Shown here piece after piece: positions 18,917-28,713 of a stretch of DNA of 64,000 bases. The translations under genes and the position numbers were made by a program. The stretch is from Chthoniobacteraceae bacterium (lineage in GTDB: Bacteria; Verrucomicrobiota; Verrucomicrobiia; Chthoniobacterales; Chthoniobacteraceae). The stretch's first letter is position 1, and the number at the start of each line of letters is the position of its first letter. The notes under the pieces were generated by a model, which worked only from the letters and a program-made list of their open reading frames with translations, searched no databases and had not been told where the DNA came from. Where the stretch lies: positions 74,884 through 138,883 of the forward strand of contig JBBCKI010000030.1 in NCBI GenBank assembly GCA_037190965.1. The letters run 5' to 3'.

Positions 18917-19887
18917 ATCGCTAGAAGAAGTTCTAACGAATCAGTTAGCACCACCGGAAAAAGTGACAACTCGGCCACCGCCGACTTGGCTTTGCCGGAG
19001 AGTTTTTTGAGCCGGGCGTAAACGTTGCTGCGGCGGCGGCGCACCATTTCCCGGGGCAGTTCACTCACGGAATGGAGTGACTCCTTCAACTTGCCCATCG
19101 CCCGCTCGCCGATCTTGCGGATCCACTCGCGGCTTTTGCCGAAGCGTTGCGCCATGGCTCGGTACGACTCGGGCTCTTCATCAAAAAAGCCGAAGCGAAG
19201 CCCCAGAATCCGGAGTTCCGTGTCATCGAGCCCCTGAAGACAGGCGGCGATTTCCTCCAGCAACTCCTCGCGGGAAAGCTGCTCCAGAGGGTGCTCCGTT
19301 TCGCTCGCGGCTTTTCCGGCCAGGGCCCGCTCGAAATCGTCGGCGGTCTCGAAGCCGGTTACGGAAATCCGGTCGGCGGCGATGGAGGCAAGATCGTCCT
19401 CGGGAATGCCAATGCGTTCCGCGAGTTCGGAAAGCTCGGCATCGCGGCCCAACTCCGTATTCAAACCCTCATGCAGCCGCGCCAGTTTGCGGAGCCGTTG
19501 GGAGCGCCAAACGGGGATGCGAACGACGCGCGCCTGCGCGGTGATGGCCCGGTGCATCCGTTGTTTGATCCAAACGCCCGCATAGGTGGAGAAATCGACA
19601 CCGAACTTCGGATTGAAAAGCTCCGCCGCACGAAGCAGGCCGATATTCCCTTCCGAAATGAGATCAGCCAGCGGCAGTCCATAACCGCCATACTGGCAGG
19701 CGATTTTGACCACAAGCTGGAGATGAACCAGCACCAGTCTTTCGCGCGACTCGACGCAACCGCCGGCGGCGGCGGTGTAGATGGCGGCAGCTTCGGTTTC
19801 CGAAAGCGGAGCGATCCCGGCAAGTTCGGCCAGGTACGGCTCCAGCCCTTCGGCGTGAGGTGAGCGGAATGAGGTTGTTGCAGGCAC
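18913..19887 (-). CDS. Alternative RNA polymerase sigma70-family factor (regions 1.2-4, no region 1.1)
   Basis: LPLADLISEGNIGLLRAAELFNP, FSTYAGVWIKQ, ARVVRIP; HTH region ILGLRFG...SREWIRKI. Confidence 0.9.
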   Translation of the reverse strand: MPATTSFRSPHAEGLEPYLAELAGIAPLSETEAAAIYTAAAGGCVESRERLVLVHLQLVVKIACQYGGYGLPLADLISEGNIGLLRAAELFNPKFGVDFSTYAGVWIKQRMHRAITAQARVVRIPVWRSQRLRKLARLHEGLNTELGRDAELSELAERIGIPEDDLASIAADRISVTGFETADDFERALAGKAASETEHPLEQLSREELLEEIAACLQGLDDTELRILGLRFGFFDEEPESYRAMAQRFGKSREWIRKIGERAMGKLKESLHSVSELPREMVRRRRSNVYARLKKLSGKAKSAVAELSLFPVVLTDSLELLLAI

Positions 19888-19896
19888 TAAGAAAAA

Positions 19897-20781
19897 CTAA
19901 CTGGGACGGGAACGGGAACGTGATTGCGGACTTCCGCCTTCGCGTTTGGGGCGAAAGGGGCGGCGTGGTTTTGCGGTTTCGGAGGGCTTTCGGGCCTTAG
20001 GAGCGCTGAAGCGTCTGGCTCCCGGCGCTTTTCCCTCTTTCGGGACGTTCTTCGGCTGCGGGCGATGGATCTCCTTCTCCTCCGGCACGGTTCCGGCGCG
20101 GAGCAGCGCTTCGATCTCGCGGCGTGTGAGCACGCGGCACGTCCCGATCGGCATTTCCCCAATCTGGATTGGGCCGATGCGGGTGCGAGTGAGCTTGATG
20201 ACCTCGTACCCAAGCTCATGGAACATGAGCCGGATCTGCCGCTTGAGCCCCTGCCGGAGCACGACCTTGATCTTGTTGTTGGCGAGCTTATGAGCCGACT
20301 CCGCCTTGGCCCACCCTTCCGGGGTGTTGATGCCGTGCAGAAGTTTGGGCGACAGCGAGAAGTCGAAGGCCTTGTCGACGACCACCTCGTACTCCTTCTC
20401 CACCTTGTAGCGCGGGTGCGTCAGCTTGAGCGAAAGGTCGCCGTCATTGGTCAAAATGAGCAGCCCTTCGCTCTCCTTATCGAGACGGCCGACATGAAAG
20501 AGCCTCGGATAGTTCGGCGGCAGGAGATCAAAAATCGTGCGGCGACCGTGGGTGTCGGAGGCGGTGCAGACGAACCCCGGCGGCTTGTAAAGCAAGAGCG
20601 TCACCTCATGGGCGGCATGCATCACCTTATTGCCCACTTTCACCACGTCCTCAGGCGTCACCTGGGTGGCGAGATTGGAGCACAGCACGCCGTTGATCGT
20701 CACCTGTCCGGTGCGGATCAACTCTTCACAGCTCCGGCGGGAGCCCTGCCCGGCGGCAGCCAAAAAACGGTTCAGTCGCAT
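19897..20781 (-). CDS. rluB: rRNA pseudouridine synthase, RsuA/RluB family
   Basis: S4 domain ([16 protein letters not shown]), [29 protein letters not shown]; basic tail. Confidence 0.85.
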   Translation of the reverse strand: MRLNRFLAAAGQGSRRSCEELIRTGQVTINGVLCSNLATQVTPEDVVKVGNKVMHAAHEVTLLLYKPPGFVCTASDTHGRRTIFDLLPPNYPRLFHVGRLDKESEGLLILTNDGDLSLKLTHPRYKVEKEYEVVVDKAFDFSLSPKLLHGINTPEGWAKAESAHKLANNKIKVVLRQGLKRQIRLMFHELGYEVIKLTRTRIGPIQIGEMPIGTCRVLTRREIEALLRAGTVPEEKEIHRPQPKNVPKEGKAPGARRFSAPKARKPSETAKPRRPFRPKREGGSPQSRSRSRPS

Positions 20782-20970
20782 TTCCAAGACGTTCGATGGT
20801 TATCCGGGGAATGTCGAGAGCGCGTTACGAATTGCGAATTACAGCGTTTCTAGAAAAATAATAAGAGACGCTCTACCCCCTCGGGGAATCCCGCATCTGA
20901 AGCCCCACAACGGCAAACCATTTGACCCGGTGGATTAAAACATTATTTTCAACGCACTTTTTCACAAAAA

Positions 20971-21618
20971 ATGGCGAAACAGGAAATTCCACGCAAAGCG
21001 GTCTACCGACTCTCGCTCTACCTGCGCGTGCTCCATCAGTTGAACCGCAATGAAATCGAAACGGTCTCCTCCGACGCGCTCGCAAAGGCGGCGGGGGTCA
21101 AACCGACCCAACTCCGCAAAGACCTGGGCTATTTCGGACAACTCGGCACCCGCGGGCTTGGATACAATGTGGATCTCCTTACCGCCAAACTGACGGAGGT
21201 GCTGGGGGCCGCGCGGCTGCAACCGGTGGTGCTCGTCGGCGTGGGACATCTCGGGGCGGCGTTGGTTCGCTATCGCGGTTTCCAGAAGGAAGGATTCGAA
21301 ATCCTCGCCGGGTTCGACATGGATGCGGGCCGCAAACGGGCCGCCGACCTGGGGTTGGAGGTCTTTCCCATGACGCGGCTCGACGAATTTGTAAGAGACC
21401 GGCAGGTGAAACTCGCGATTTTGACCGTACCGGTCACGGTGGCGCAGGAAGTCGCCAACGGATTGGTGCAGGCGGGCATTCGCGCGATTCTGAATTTCGC
21501 CCCCACGATTCTTCAGGTGCCCGACGGGGTGGTGGTCAACAACGTCGATCTCGCCATCGAACTGGAAAACCTGAGTTACTTTATTCCGAATTCCGATGAA
21601 GCGGTTCTCCCTGGTTGA
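20971..21618 (+). CDS. rex: Redox-sensing transcriptional repressor Rex
   Basis: RLSLYLR, QLRKDLGYFGQLGTRGLGY, VGVGHLG, AILNFAP. Confidence 0.96.
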   Translation: MAKQEIPRKAVYRLSLYLRVLHQLNRNEIETVSSDALAKAAGVKPTQLRKDLGYFGQLGTRGLGYNVDLLTAKLTEVLGAARLQPVVLVGVGHLGAALVRYRGFQKEGFEILAGFDMDAGRKRAADLGLEVFPMTRLDEFVRDRQVKLAILTVPVTVAQEVANGLVQAGIRAILNFAPTILQVPDGVVVNNVDLAIELENLSYFIPNSDEAVLPG

Positions 21619-22447
21619 CGCGACGGTGTTCGACCTGCAACGGACGCTGGAGAGCGGGCAGGTCTTCCAATGGGTTCCCGAGGGAGCCGGTTTTGCCGGG
21701 GTCATCGGCTCGACGCCAGTTTATGTGGAACAAGCGGGCTCGCAACTGAAGGTGACACGGGGCGCCGAGGCCCTGGTGACGCGGTATTTCGCGCTCGATC
21801 ACCCGCTGGAGACCATTTATGCGACATTCCCGAACGACCCCGCGATGGCGGAGGCCTTGGCTGCGTGCCGGGGGGTGCGGATCATCCGGCAGCCGCTTTG
21901 GGAATGCCTCGGGACGTTTATCACTTCTTCGATGAAGCAGGTGAAGCATATCCAGCAGATGTCGCACGCGCTTCGGCGGCGGTTTGGCGAGCCTGTCGGC
22001 GGCGGCTTTTTCGCTTATCCCACGCCGGAACAACTGGCGGCGGCCAATGAGGAGGCGTTGCGTGACTGCGGCCTCGGCTTCCGCGCCAAGAGCCTTCTCG
22101 GCACCGCTCGCGCCGTGGCTGAGGGGGAGGCCGATCTGGAAGCGATTCGCGACCTGCCCGACGACGCCGCGCTTGCGGAGCTTTGCCGCCTGCCGGGGGT
22201 TGGCCCGAAAATCGCCAATTGCGTGCTGCTCTTCGCCTATGAACGGGTAAAGGCATTTCCCATCGATGTCTGGATCGAACGCGTCCTGCGCCATCATTAT
22301 TTTCGCCGCAAGCGCGCCGTGACGCCCCGGCGGCTCGCGGAATTCAGCGCGACCTATTTCGGTCCCTACGGCGGCTACGCGCAGCAGTATCTTTTTCACC
22401 ACGCGCGCAATCTCCCGCGCTCTGTCTGGAAACAGTCCCGCCCATGA
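21596..22447 (+). CDS. HhH-GPD DNA glycosylase (8-oxoguanine glycosylase Ogg-like)
   Basis: TLESGQVFQW, RQPLWECL, LPGVGPKIANCV, FPIDVWIER, GYAQQYLF. Confidence 0.9.
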   Translation: MKRFSLVDATVFDLQRTLESGQVFQWVPEGAGFAGVIGSTPVYVEQAGSQLKVTRGAEALVTRYFALDHPLETIYATFPNDPAMAEALAACRGVRIIRQPLWECLGTFITSSMKQVKHIQQMSHALRRRFGEPVGGGFFAYPTPEQLAAANEEALRDCGLGFRAKSLLGTARAVAEGEADLEAIRDLPDDAALAELCRLPGVGPKIANCVLLFAYERVKAFPIDVWIERVLRHHYFRRKRAVTPRRLAEFSATYFGPYGGYAQQYLFHHARNLPRSVWKQSRP

Positions 22448-23160
22448 TCATCGACGCCATTCTCTCCCCGCCGGAAATCGACCTGCTCCCCGGCAAAGAC
22501 CTGACGCAAACCGTCTGCGTCGTTTTTGACGTGCTGCGTGCGACCTCCTCCATCGTCACGGCGCTGGCGCATGGGACCGAAGAGATTCGCCCCGTGTTGA
22601 CGATCAAGGAGGCGCTGGCGGAACGGGAACGCTGGCCGAAGTCCATCCTTGGCGGCGAACGGCACGGCGAACGGATCGACGGGTTCGACCTCGGCAACTC
22701 GCCCATGGAATATTGCCGCCCTGGCTTGCGCCGGATCATCACCACGACCACCAACGGCACCGTCGCGCTCCGGGCCTGCGCCGGAGCCGGGGAGGTGATC
22801 GCGGGAGCGTTGCTCAATCTCGGCGCGCTGGAAAATGAATTGCGCCGCAGACAGCCTGAGCGAATTGCGCTCGTATGCGCCGGGACGGGACGGGATCTCG
22901 CGCTGGAAGATGTGCTGGCGGCAGGGATGCTGGCTGCCGCGCTGCCCGAAGCGGACCGGACGGACGCAGCCCGGACAGCGGTAGCGCTCTATGAAAAACA
23001 TGCCGCCGATCTCCTGGCCGCGCTGCGTCAATCCGCCAATGGGCGGGTGCTCGTCGAACGCGGACGCGAGGATGACGTCGCATGGTGCGCGGAGGTGTCG
23101 AAGTTTCCGGTCATCGGAGTGATGCGCGACGGGGTGATCTCGGCGCGGTCCCTAGAATAG
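22444..23160 (+). CDS. comB: 2-phosphosulfolactate phosphatase family protein
   Basis: VVFDVLRATSSI, LGGER, FDLGNSP, TTTNGT, ALEDVLAAG. Confidence 0.9.
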   Translation: MIIDAILSPPEIDLLPGKDLTQTVCVVFDVLRATSSIVTALAHGTEEIRPVLTIKEALAERERWPKSILGGERHGERIDGFDLGNSPMEYCRPGLRRIITTTTNGTVALRACAGAGEVIAGALLNLGALENELRRRQPERIALVCAGTGRDLALEDVLAAGMLAAALPEADRTDAARTAVALYEKHAADLLAALRQSANGRVLVERGREDDVAWCAEVSKFPVIGVMRDGVISARSLE

Positions 23161-23176
23161 CCCCGGAGGGTGGTGC

Positions 23177-23252
23177 GAGCCCGTCCTGCGGGGATGGACG
23201 CCGAACGCGACTCCCCATCCACTCCCGCGCTCGACGGCGCGAGCGGTCTACC
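23177..23252. repeat. Right half of a REPIN-like element
   Basis: CCTGCGGGGATGGACG...CCCGCGCTCGACGGCGCGAGCGGTCTACC. Confidence 0.8.
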
Positions 23253-23289
23253 CGTCTTCCAGATCGGACGCTTTGCCAACCGAGAGGGT

Positions 23290-23362
23290 TCGCGCCAAGG
23301 GTGCCAGGCCCGCCAAGGTTACAAGATTCTGAAACTTGGAGAGCTTGGCGTCCTTGGCGCGA
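23290..23362. repeat. (CGCCAAG-nn)x3 inverted-repeat element, copy 1
   Basis: TCGCGCCAAGGGTGCCAGGCCCGCCAAG...CTTGGAGAGCTTGGCGTCCTTGGCGCGA. Confidence 0.75.
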
Positions 23363-23386
23363 GGCAAAAGCCTTTCCTTCAAAATT

Positions 23387-23447
23387 GGTGCGGCAGCGCC
23401 GGTAGTCCGCTCGCGCCGTCGAGCGCGGGTATTGGCACCCGTGGCTC
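23387..23447. repeat. Left half of a REPIN-like element with mini-hairpin
   Basis: GGTGCGGCAGCGCC-GGTAGTCCGCTCGCGCCGTCGAGCGCGGG. Confidence 0.8.
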
Positions 23448-23554
23448 ACTAAGGCCCCCGCAATCGACAGCCTTCCTGCAAACAACCCGAACCATTCCCC
23501 GCGAATTGTCGTTTGCGTCGAAGGCCGGGCCTCCGTAGCATCCCGTGAGTTTTC

Positions 23555-24367
23555 ATGCTGCCCTCCCGCCGAGTTGTTATTGCGTTTGCCGTCTCGCTGT
23601 TCCTGCATGGGGTTATTTTCTCCGTGCTGGCGCTAACGTCGCAGATCGCACCGGCCACGCCCCGGCAGCAGGAAGAGATCGCCGACGAACCGCTTGAGGT
23701 TGTTTTCCAGGCCGCACCTCCGGAACGGGCGGTCGAAAAAATGGCGTTTCGCGTGGAGGAGAAAGAGAAGGAGGCGCAGCCGCTCGCGATGCAAATGGAG
23801 ATCGCCGTTGAGAGGACGCAACTCGACCCGGATCATCTCAAAAAATCGGAGAAAGCCCCGGAAAACGCGGAGTTCCTTGCCTCCCATCACTCCCTACCCG
23901 GCAAGGCGGCCAAGCCACAAGTTACTGCCGCTTTGCCACGGCCCACGCCCGTCTCTCCCGGGCAGGCCCCCTCATTCCGCACCGCCCTCCCGGTGCCTTC
24001 CACGGAGGCCGCACCCCCGCAGGAAAATAAAAGCGAAGGCGAAGAGGAAGAAGGAGGCGTGGCGGCCATCGGCGCGTGGAAAAAAGCCGTGGCCAACGCC
24101 ATCGGTTCGCGATGGGATCAGTTCCGCAAATCAAAATTGGATTTGCTGGCCGTAGGGAGTGTGCGTATGAAGTTCGCGATTGACGAACACGGGCGCGCAA
24201 CCGATGTGCGGATCGCCTCCAATACGGCGGGCCCGGCCAACGCCTCCTACGCCGCGCGCTCGATTGCCGAGGCGGAGATCCCGCCAATTCCGCCGGAGCG
24301 ACTTGCCCGATTGCCCGGTGGCCGCGTTGAAGTAGAGTTCACCTTCACCATTTACCCTGCCCATTAA
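23555..24367 (+). CDS. TonB/TolA-like energy transducer
   Basis: N-terminal TM with SLFLH motif, Pro/Glu-rich linker, C-terminal domain (AIGSRW...GSVRMKFAIDEHG...VEFTFTIY). Confidence 0.8.
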   Translation: MLPSRRVVIAFAVSLFLHGVIFSVLALTSQIAPATPRQQEEIADEPLEVVFQAAPPERAVEKMAFRVEEKEKEAQPLAMQMEIAVERTQLDPDHLKKSEKAPENAEFLASHHSLPGKAAKPQVTAALPRPTPVSPGQAPSFRTALPVPSTEAAPPQENKSEGEEEEGGVAAIGAWKKAVANAIGSRWDQFRKSKLDLLAVGSVRMKFAIDEHGRATDVRIASNTAGPANASYAARSIAEAEIPPIPPERLARLPGGRVEVEFTFTIYPAH

Positions 24368-24401
24368 GAAACTCATCAAAGCCCAAGCTCCCTAAAACCT
24401 C

Positions 24402-25112
24402 ATGTTTGTCGCCTTTTCCTTTTCCGGTTTTCTGCTGCATGGCGGGTTCTTCATGTACCTGCTGCTGATCTGTTCCGTGGTGTCGGTGGCTACGATGATT
24501 CTGCGAGGGTGGGCGCTACGGCGCGACACGGTGATCCCGCCCGCGATCCTCGGCGAGATTGAGGCGCTTCCCCCCGGCGAAAGCAAACGCTCGCTGACCC
24601 GGCTTACGCAGTTGGTGGAGAATGATCCCTCCCCGCTCGGGAATGTCGTTCAAATCTGCCTCAAACACATCGAATGGCCGCGCAGCGAGAACGTGGAGGC
24701 CGTCCAGACCCGCGCCCGTGCGGAGGTGATCCGGATGGAAGCCGGGCTGGTGGTGCTTGAAGTCATCGTCGGCATCGCCCCGCTTCTCGGCCTGCTGGGC
24801 GCGGTTTCGGGGTTGGTGACGGTTTTCGGCAATCTCGGCGCGAGTGAAACCGTCTCGGACCCGCGCGGGATGGCCGCAGGCATCTCGGAGGCGCTCAACA
24901 CGACGATCGCCGGGCTGGCCATCGCGATCCCGAGCTTGATCGCGCACTCCTATTACTCAAAAAAGGTGGAGACGATGAGCGCGCAGATGGAGTCGATTTT
25001 AAGCGAACTGCTCGCCAAGTGCTACTCGCGCAAGAGCCGCCTGGGACCGGGACGCGCCTCGATCGCTCTTCCCTCCGATGATGAACCCGTCGGCCCGCTG
25101 CCGAAGTTCTAG
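24402..25112 (+). CDS. exbB: MotA/TolQ/ExbB proton channel
   Basis: IAPLLGLLGAVSG, GISEALNTTIAGLAIAIP. Confidence 0.88.
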   Translation: MFVAFSFSGFLLHGGFFMYLLLICSVVSVATMILRGWALRRDTVIPPAILGEIEALPPGESKRSLTRLTQLVENDPSPLGNVVQICLKHIEWPRSENVEAVQTRARAEVIRMEAGLVVLEVIVGIAPLLGLLGAVSGLVTVFGNLGASETVSDPRGMAAGISEALNTTIAGLAIAIPSLIAHSYYSKKVETMSAQMESILSELLAKCYSRKSRLGPGRASIALPSDDEPVGPLPKF

Positions 25113-25120
25113 AGATCTAG

Positions 25121-25543
25121 ATGAAATTTTACACGCGCAAACGCCGGACACCTGCGGTCATCATCGTCGCGTTGATCGATATTTTCGCGATCCTGCTCAT
25201 TTTCGTGATCGTCACCACGACCTTCAAACGCGCCCAGCCCGCCGTGGTCATCAGGCTGCCGGAATCTTCCAATGCGGAACCGGCTCCCGAAACCAAAGCC
25301 ACGGAGGCGGCGGTGGTTTCCGTCTCCGAAAAAGGGGTCATCTTTCTGGATGCCCGCGAAGTGGCGTCGGAGAACCTGACGGCGGCGCTCCGGGAAGTGG
25401 TGGCGGCAAAGCGAACGCTGGCGCTTGAAGCCGATACGAACGCCCCCTTCGGCGTCGTGATTCGTGTAATGGATTCATTGAAAGAAGCCGGGGTTAAGGG
25501 TAACTTGCCCGCGTTTACCGAAATCAGAAAGAAAGGTCTTTAA
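25121..25543 (+). CDS. exbD: ExbD/TolR biopolymer transporter
   Basis: ALIDIFAILLIFVIVTTTF, ADTNAPFGVVIRVMD. Confidence 0.88.
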   Translation: MKFYTRKRRTPAVIIVALIDIFAILLIFVIVTTTFKRAQPAVVIRLPESSNAEPAPETKATEAAVVSVSEKGVIFLDAREVASENLTAALREVVAAKRTLALEADTNAPFGVVIRVMDSLKEAGVKGNLPAFTEIRKKGL

Positions 25544-25546
25544 CCT

Positions 25547-26095
25547 GTGGAGATTGTACAATACGGCGACCCGGTTCTCCGGGCCAAGGGGGCTCGCATC
25601 GAAACGATTACCGACGATATCCGGAATCTGGCGGACGCCATGATCGGAACGATGCGCAAGGCCAATGGCGTGGGCCTGGCCGCGCAGCAGGTCGGCTACG
25701 CCCTGCAACTGACCGTCATCGACGTGGCCGGAGTGGAAGACCGCCCCAGCACCATGAAGATCGGCGGCGAAGAGGTGAACATCGAGGAATGGAGCCCGAT
25801 GGTGCTCCTGAATCCCGTGCTGGAACTGGGGACCGAAAAGGAACTCGGCGCGGAAGGATGCCTTAGTTTTCCGAACATTGTCTCCGACGTGCAACGGGCC
25901 GCCACCGTGAAGGCGAAGGCCCTCCTGATCGATGGCCGCGAGGTGGAGTTTGAAGCAACGGGCCTGCTCGCACGCGCGCTCCAGCACGAGGTCGATCACC
26001 TCAACGGCGTTCTGTTCATCGACCGGATGAACTCCGCCGCGAAAGCCAGCATCGGCGGGAAGCTCCGGCGGATGCAGAAGAAGCAGTCGCGGTAG
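25547..26095 (+). CDS. def: Peptide deformylase
   Basis: GVGLAAQQVG, EGCLS, QHEVDHLNG. Confidence 0.97.
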   Translation: MEIVQYGDPVLRAKGARIETITDDIRNLADAMIGTMRKANGVGLAAQQVGYALQLTVIDVAGVEDRPSTMKIGGEEVNIEEWSPMVLLNPVLELGTEKELGAEGCLSFPNIVSDVQRAATVKAKALLIDGREVEFEATGLLARALQHEVDHLNGVLFIDRMNSAAKASIGGKLRRMQKKQSR

Positions 26096-26120
26096 CTCGC
26101 ACCAAGCGCATAGGAATTTT

Positions 26121-26222
26121 CTCGCGCCAAGATCGCCAAGGCCGCAAAGAAGGAATTTGGTGCGGCAGCACCGGCCTGTATTCCAAATCGGCAGCTTGGC
26201 GTTCCTGGCGTCCTTGGTGCGA
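26121..26222. repeat. (CGCCAAG-nn)x3 inverted-repeat element, copy 2, enclosing the GGTGCGGCAGCACC mini-hairpin
   Basis: CTCGCGCCAAGATCGCCAAGGCCGCAAAG...CTTGGCGTTCCTGGCGTCCTTGGTGCGA; lies between convergent genes. Confidence 0.75.
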
Positions 26223-26250
26223 AATCATCCGGGCCTTCGGTGTTTAGCCG

Positions 26251-26691
26251 CTATTTGGCTTCTAAGGAAGGGTCGGGGATTTCCACAAACTCCTCGATCA
26301 AAAAATAGGTGGCGAATTCCATAATGGCTGGAATTCGCTCTGTGCGAAGGGGCTTTTTCATCCCGGCTCCGAGGGTGAAAACGATGCGATGGAAGGTCGG
26401 GGTCGCCAGGCCGTCGAGCCACCCGCGTTTTGCGATCACCACAAAGCGTCCCTTTTCCTCCCTCCAGCTTCCTTCCAGGGTTCGACCGCTGGGACCGAGC
26501 GGGCCTGAATTGAAATCGCCCCCCTTGGAAAAAATGTAATACGAAGAGCCATCGGTCAGGGCTATGCTTCCGTCGGCCTCGATCGTCTTTGCGGGATCGA
26601 GCAGCGAATCCTCCGCATACAGGGCGCAGGTGAGAATGAAGAAGGCGGCAAGCACGGACCGCCGGAAAAATCGGCAAAGCATGGTCTTCAT
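26251..26691 (-). CDS. Hypothetical exported protein
   Basis: Signal peptide (RRSVLAAFFILTCALYA-E); beta-rich. Confidence 0.7.
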   Translation of the reverse strand: MKTMLCRFFRRSVLAAFFILTCALYAEDSLLDPAKTIEADGSIALTDGSSYYIFSKGGDFNSGPLGPSGRTLEGSWREEKGRFVVIAKRGWLDGLATPTFHRIVFTLGAGMKKPLRTERIPAIMEFATYFLIEEFVEIPDPSLEAK

Positions 26692-26786
26692 GGGAATGAT
26701 GGATGCGCCAATCCGGGGCCCAAGTCAATGATGCCAAGATTCACCCAAGATTGACATTGGCGGGAAACCGCCTGATTTTTGAAGGT

Positions 26787-27350
26787 ATGCCTCTGTTCGA
26801 TCCATCCTGGTTGTCTCTGGTGGGAGTTCTTTGTGTCGCGGGAATGGTCGTCTCCAGCCACGCCGAGACGCAAAAACAAGAAAACAAGGAACGCGCGACG
26901 TTTGCCGCAGGCTGCTTCTGGGGCGTCCAGGCGAAGTTTGACGCGATCAAAGGCGTTCTCAATACGACGGTCGGTTATACCGGAGGAACGGTCAAGAACC
27001 CGACCTATGAACAGGTCTGCACACACACGACCGGCCATGCGGAAGCCGTATTGGTGGAGTTCGATCCCTCCGTCGTGACCTACGCGCAACTGGTGGACGC
27101 CTTCTTTACCATGCACGACCCGACGCAACTGAACCGGCAGGGGCCGGACATTGGCGACAGCTATCGCTCGGCCATTTTCTATCATTCACCCGAACAGAAG
27201 GCGGTCGCCGAAGCGGCGAAACAGAAACTCAACGCCGAGGGCAAAACAGCGGGCCGGGTCGTGACGGAGATTGTCCCCGCCGTGGAGTTTTACCCAGCTG
27301 AAGCCTACCACCAGAAGTACCTGCAAAAAACCGGGCGCGTCTGCCATTAG
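26787..27350 (+). CDS. msrA: Peptide-methionine (S)-S-oxide reductase with signal peptide
   Basis: [44 protein letters not shown]. Confidence 0.96.
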   Translation: MPLFDPSWLSLVGVLCVAGMVVSSHAETQKQENKERATFAAGCFWGVQAKFDAIKGVLNTTVGYTGGTVKNPTYEQVCTHTTGHAEAVLVEFDPSVVTYAQLVDAFFTMHDPTQLNRQGPDIGDSYRSAIFYHSPEQKAVAEAAKQKLNAEGKTAGRVVTEIVPAVEFYPAEAYHQKYLQKTGRVCH

Positions 27351-27355
27351 TATCG

Positions 27356-28588
27356 CTAAACCGCCCAGACCATCGAAGCTGATCCGCCTTCGACCGACTT
27401 CCGCTCCAAAGCCCAGAACTCGCGCCGCATCGACACGAGGGCGTAGCCACAAAAAATCAACGCCGCCATCGGCTGGACCGACATGGTGGTGACATTCTTC
27501 GGCAGCTTCAAAAAGCTGTTCAAGCCCAGTGCCGCCAATAGGATTGCAACCACCGCCGCGATCCAGCAACGCATGATGGCGGGGTAAGGCCGGGCGAACG
27601 CCTGGACCAGCGCGAATGCAGCCGCAGGGGCCAGCAGAACATAGGTGGCCGATTCGGTGGCAGGCCCGCAGAGAAGCATCCACCCGCAGACCAACGCGAA
27701 CGCGCTGCCCAGAAGGCGTTCCTCGCTCCATTGCCGCCAGCGGGCCACCAGGACCAACCCGCCGATGGCTATCCCGCTCAGGAGCTGAAGCACCTGGTAA
27801 GCCTCTTTTGTAATCGGGAGATGAAAGAACCGGAAAAGCATCCAGAGATCGCGCGGAGCAATGTTGTTGCCGTAGGCAAAGCGGTCATCCGCCGCTCGAG
27901 TGGCAAACCAGATGCGGTATTGCTCGGCAACGTAAGCCGGTTTCTGCAACACGAAGGAAAGAAGGCCGAGAATCACAAGCGCGGCGAGGAGCCTCCACGC
28001 AAACTGCCGCGGGTACGCCAACGCAAGAAGAAGCCCCGCCGCGAGCGGATAGATCTTGAAATAGGCGGCCACCGTGATGCATAGCGCGGCAAGCCACCAT
28101 CGTTCGGTGCGGCAAGCCGCAAAACCGGCCATCAGTAGTCCGATCACCATCGGGTTGACCTGTCCGATATTGAGATTGCCCAGCGAAAGCGGCAAAAGCA
28201 GAAGAAAAATCCAAGCGTAGTTCCGTTTGGGAACCCCGGGGGAAAGCCCGGCCTTGAGCCACCAGGCGACGCCGCCAAGCAATAGCCCGACGTTGAGCAA
28301 ACGCCAGAGGATCTCGGCAGGAACCTTCGGCAACACCGCAAGCGGGACGAAGGCCGCAGCCGTCGGAGGACTGTAAACAAAGCCCCGCTTTCCCTTGTAG
28401 ATGTTCTTGGAAGCCATCCACCGCTCGCCCGCCTGCCGGTAGGTCGTCAGGACGGTATTCTTATCGGGGTGCACCGCAGCGCGCACGAAGATACCCAGCA
28501 TGGCCGCCGCCCAAAGGGCCACCACCGCGATATTAAGCCATCCGGATTTTCTGAGCAGGGAGAGAAAAGGCGCTTCATGCGACGGCAT
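27356..28588 (-). CDS. Glycosyltransferase family 87 (GT-C / DUF2029) membrane protein
   Basis: FVYSPP, GQVN, FKIYP; multi-TM; start uncertain. Confidence 0.82.
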   Translation of the reverse strand: MPSHEAPFLSLLRKSGWLNIAVVALWAAAMLGIFVRAAVHPDKNTVLTTYRQAGERWMASKNIYKGKRGFVYSPPTAAAFVPLAVLPKVPAEILWRLLNVGLLLGGVAWWLKAGLSPGVPKRNYAWIFLLLLPLSLGNLNIGQVNPMVIGLLMAGFAACRTERWWLAALCITVAAYFKIYPLAAGLLLALAYPRQFAWRLLAALVILGLLSFVLQKPAYVAEQYRIWFATRAADDRFAYGNNIAPRDLWMLFRFFHLPITKEAYQVLQLLSGIAIGGLVLVARWRQWSEERLLGSAFALVCGWMLLCGPATESATYVLLAPAAAFALVQAFARPYPAIMRCWIAAVVAILLAALGLNSFLKLPKNVTTMSVQPMAALIFCGYALVSMRREFWALERKSVEGGSASMVWAV

Positions 28589-28713
28589 GCAGGGACAAGA
28601 CCACAGGGTATCGATGGCGTCCATCGGGAAAACCCGGAACCTCGCTTGAGAGAAAATACAAAGGCGCGCGATTGGGCCTTTCGATGAAGGAGCCCGGTTC
28701 GAAGAGTAACGGC

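Noticed and set aside
20950..20967. Full Rex operator (TTGTGAA-N4-TTCACAA)
   Set aside because: Only the right half-site matches (CAACGCA-CTTT-TTCACAA), so it is not listed as a feature.
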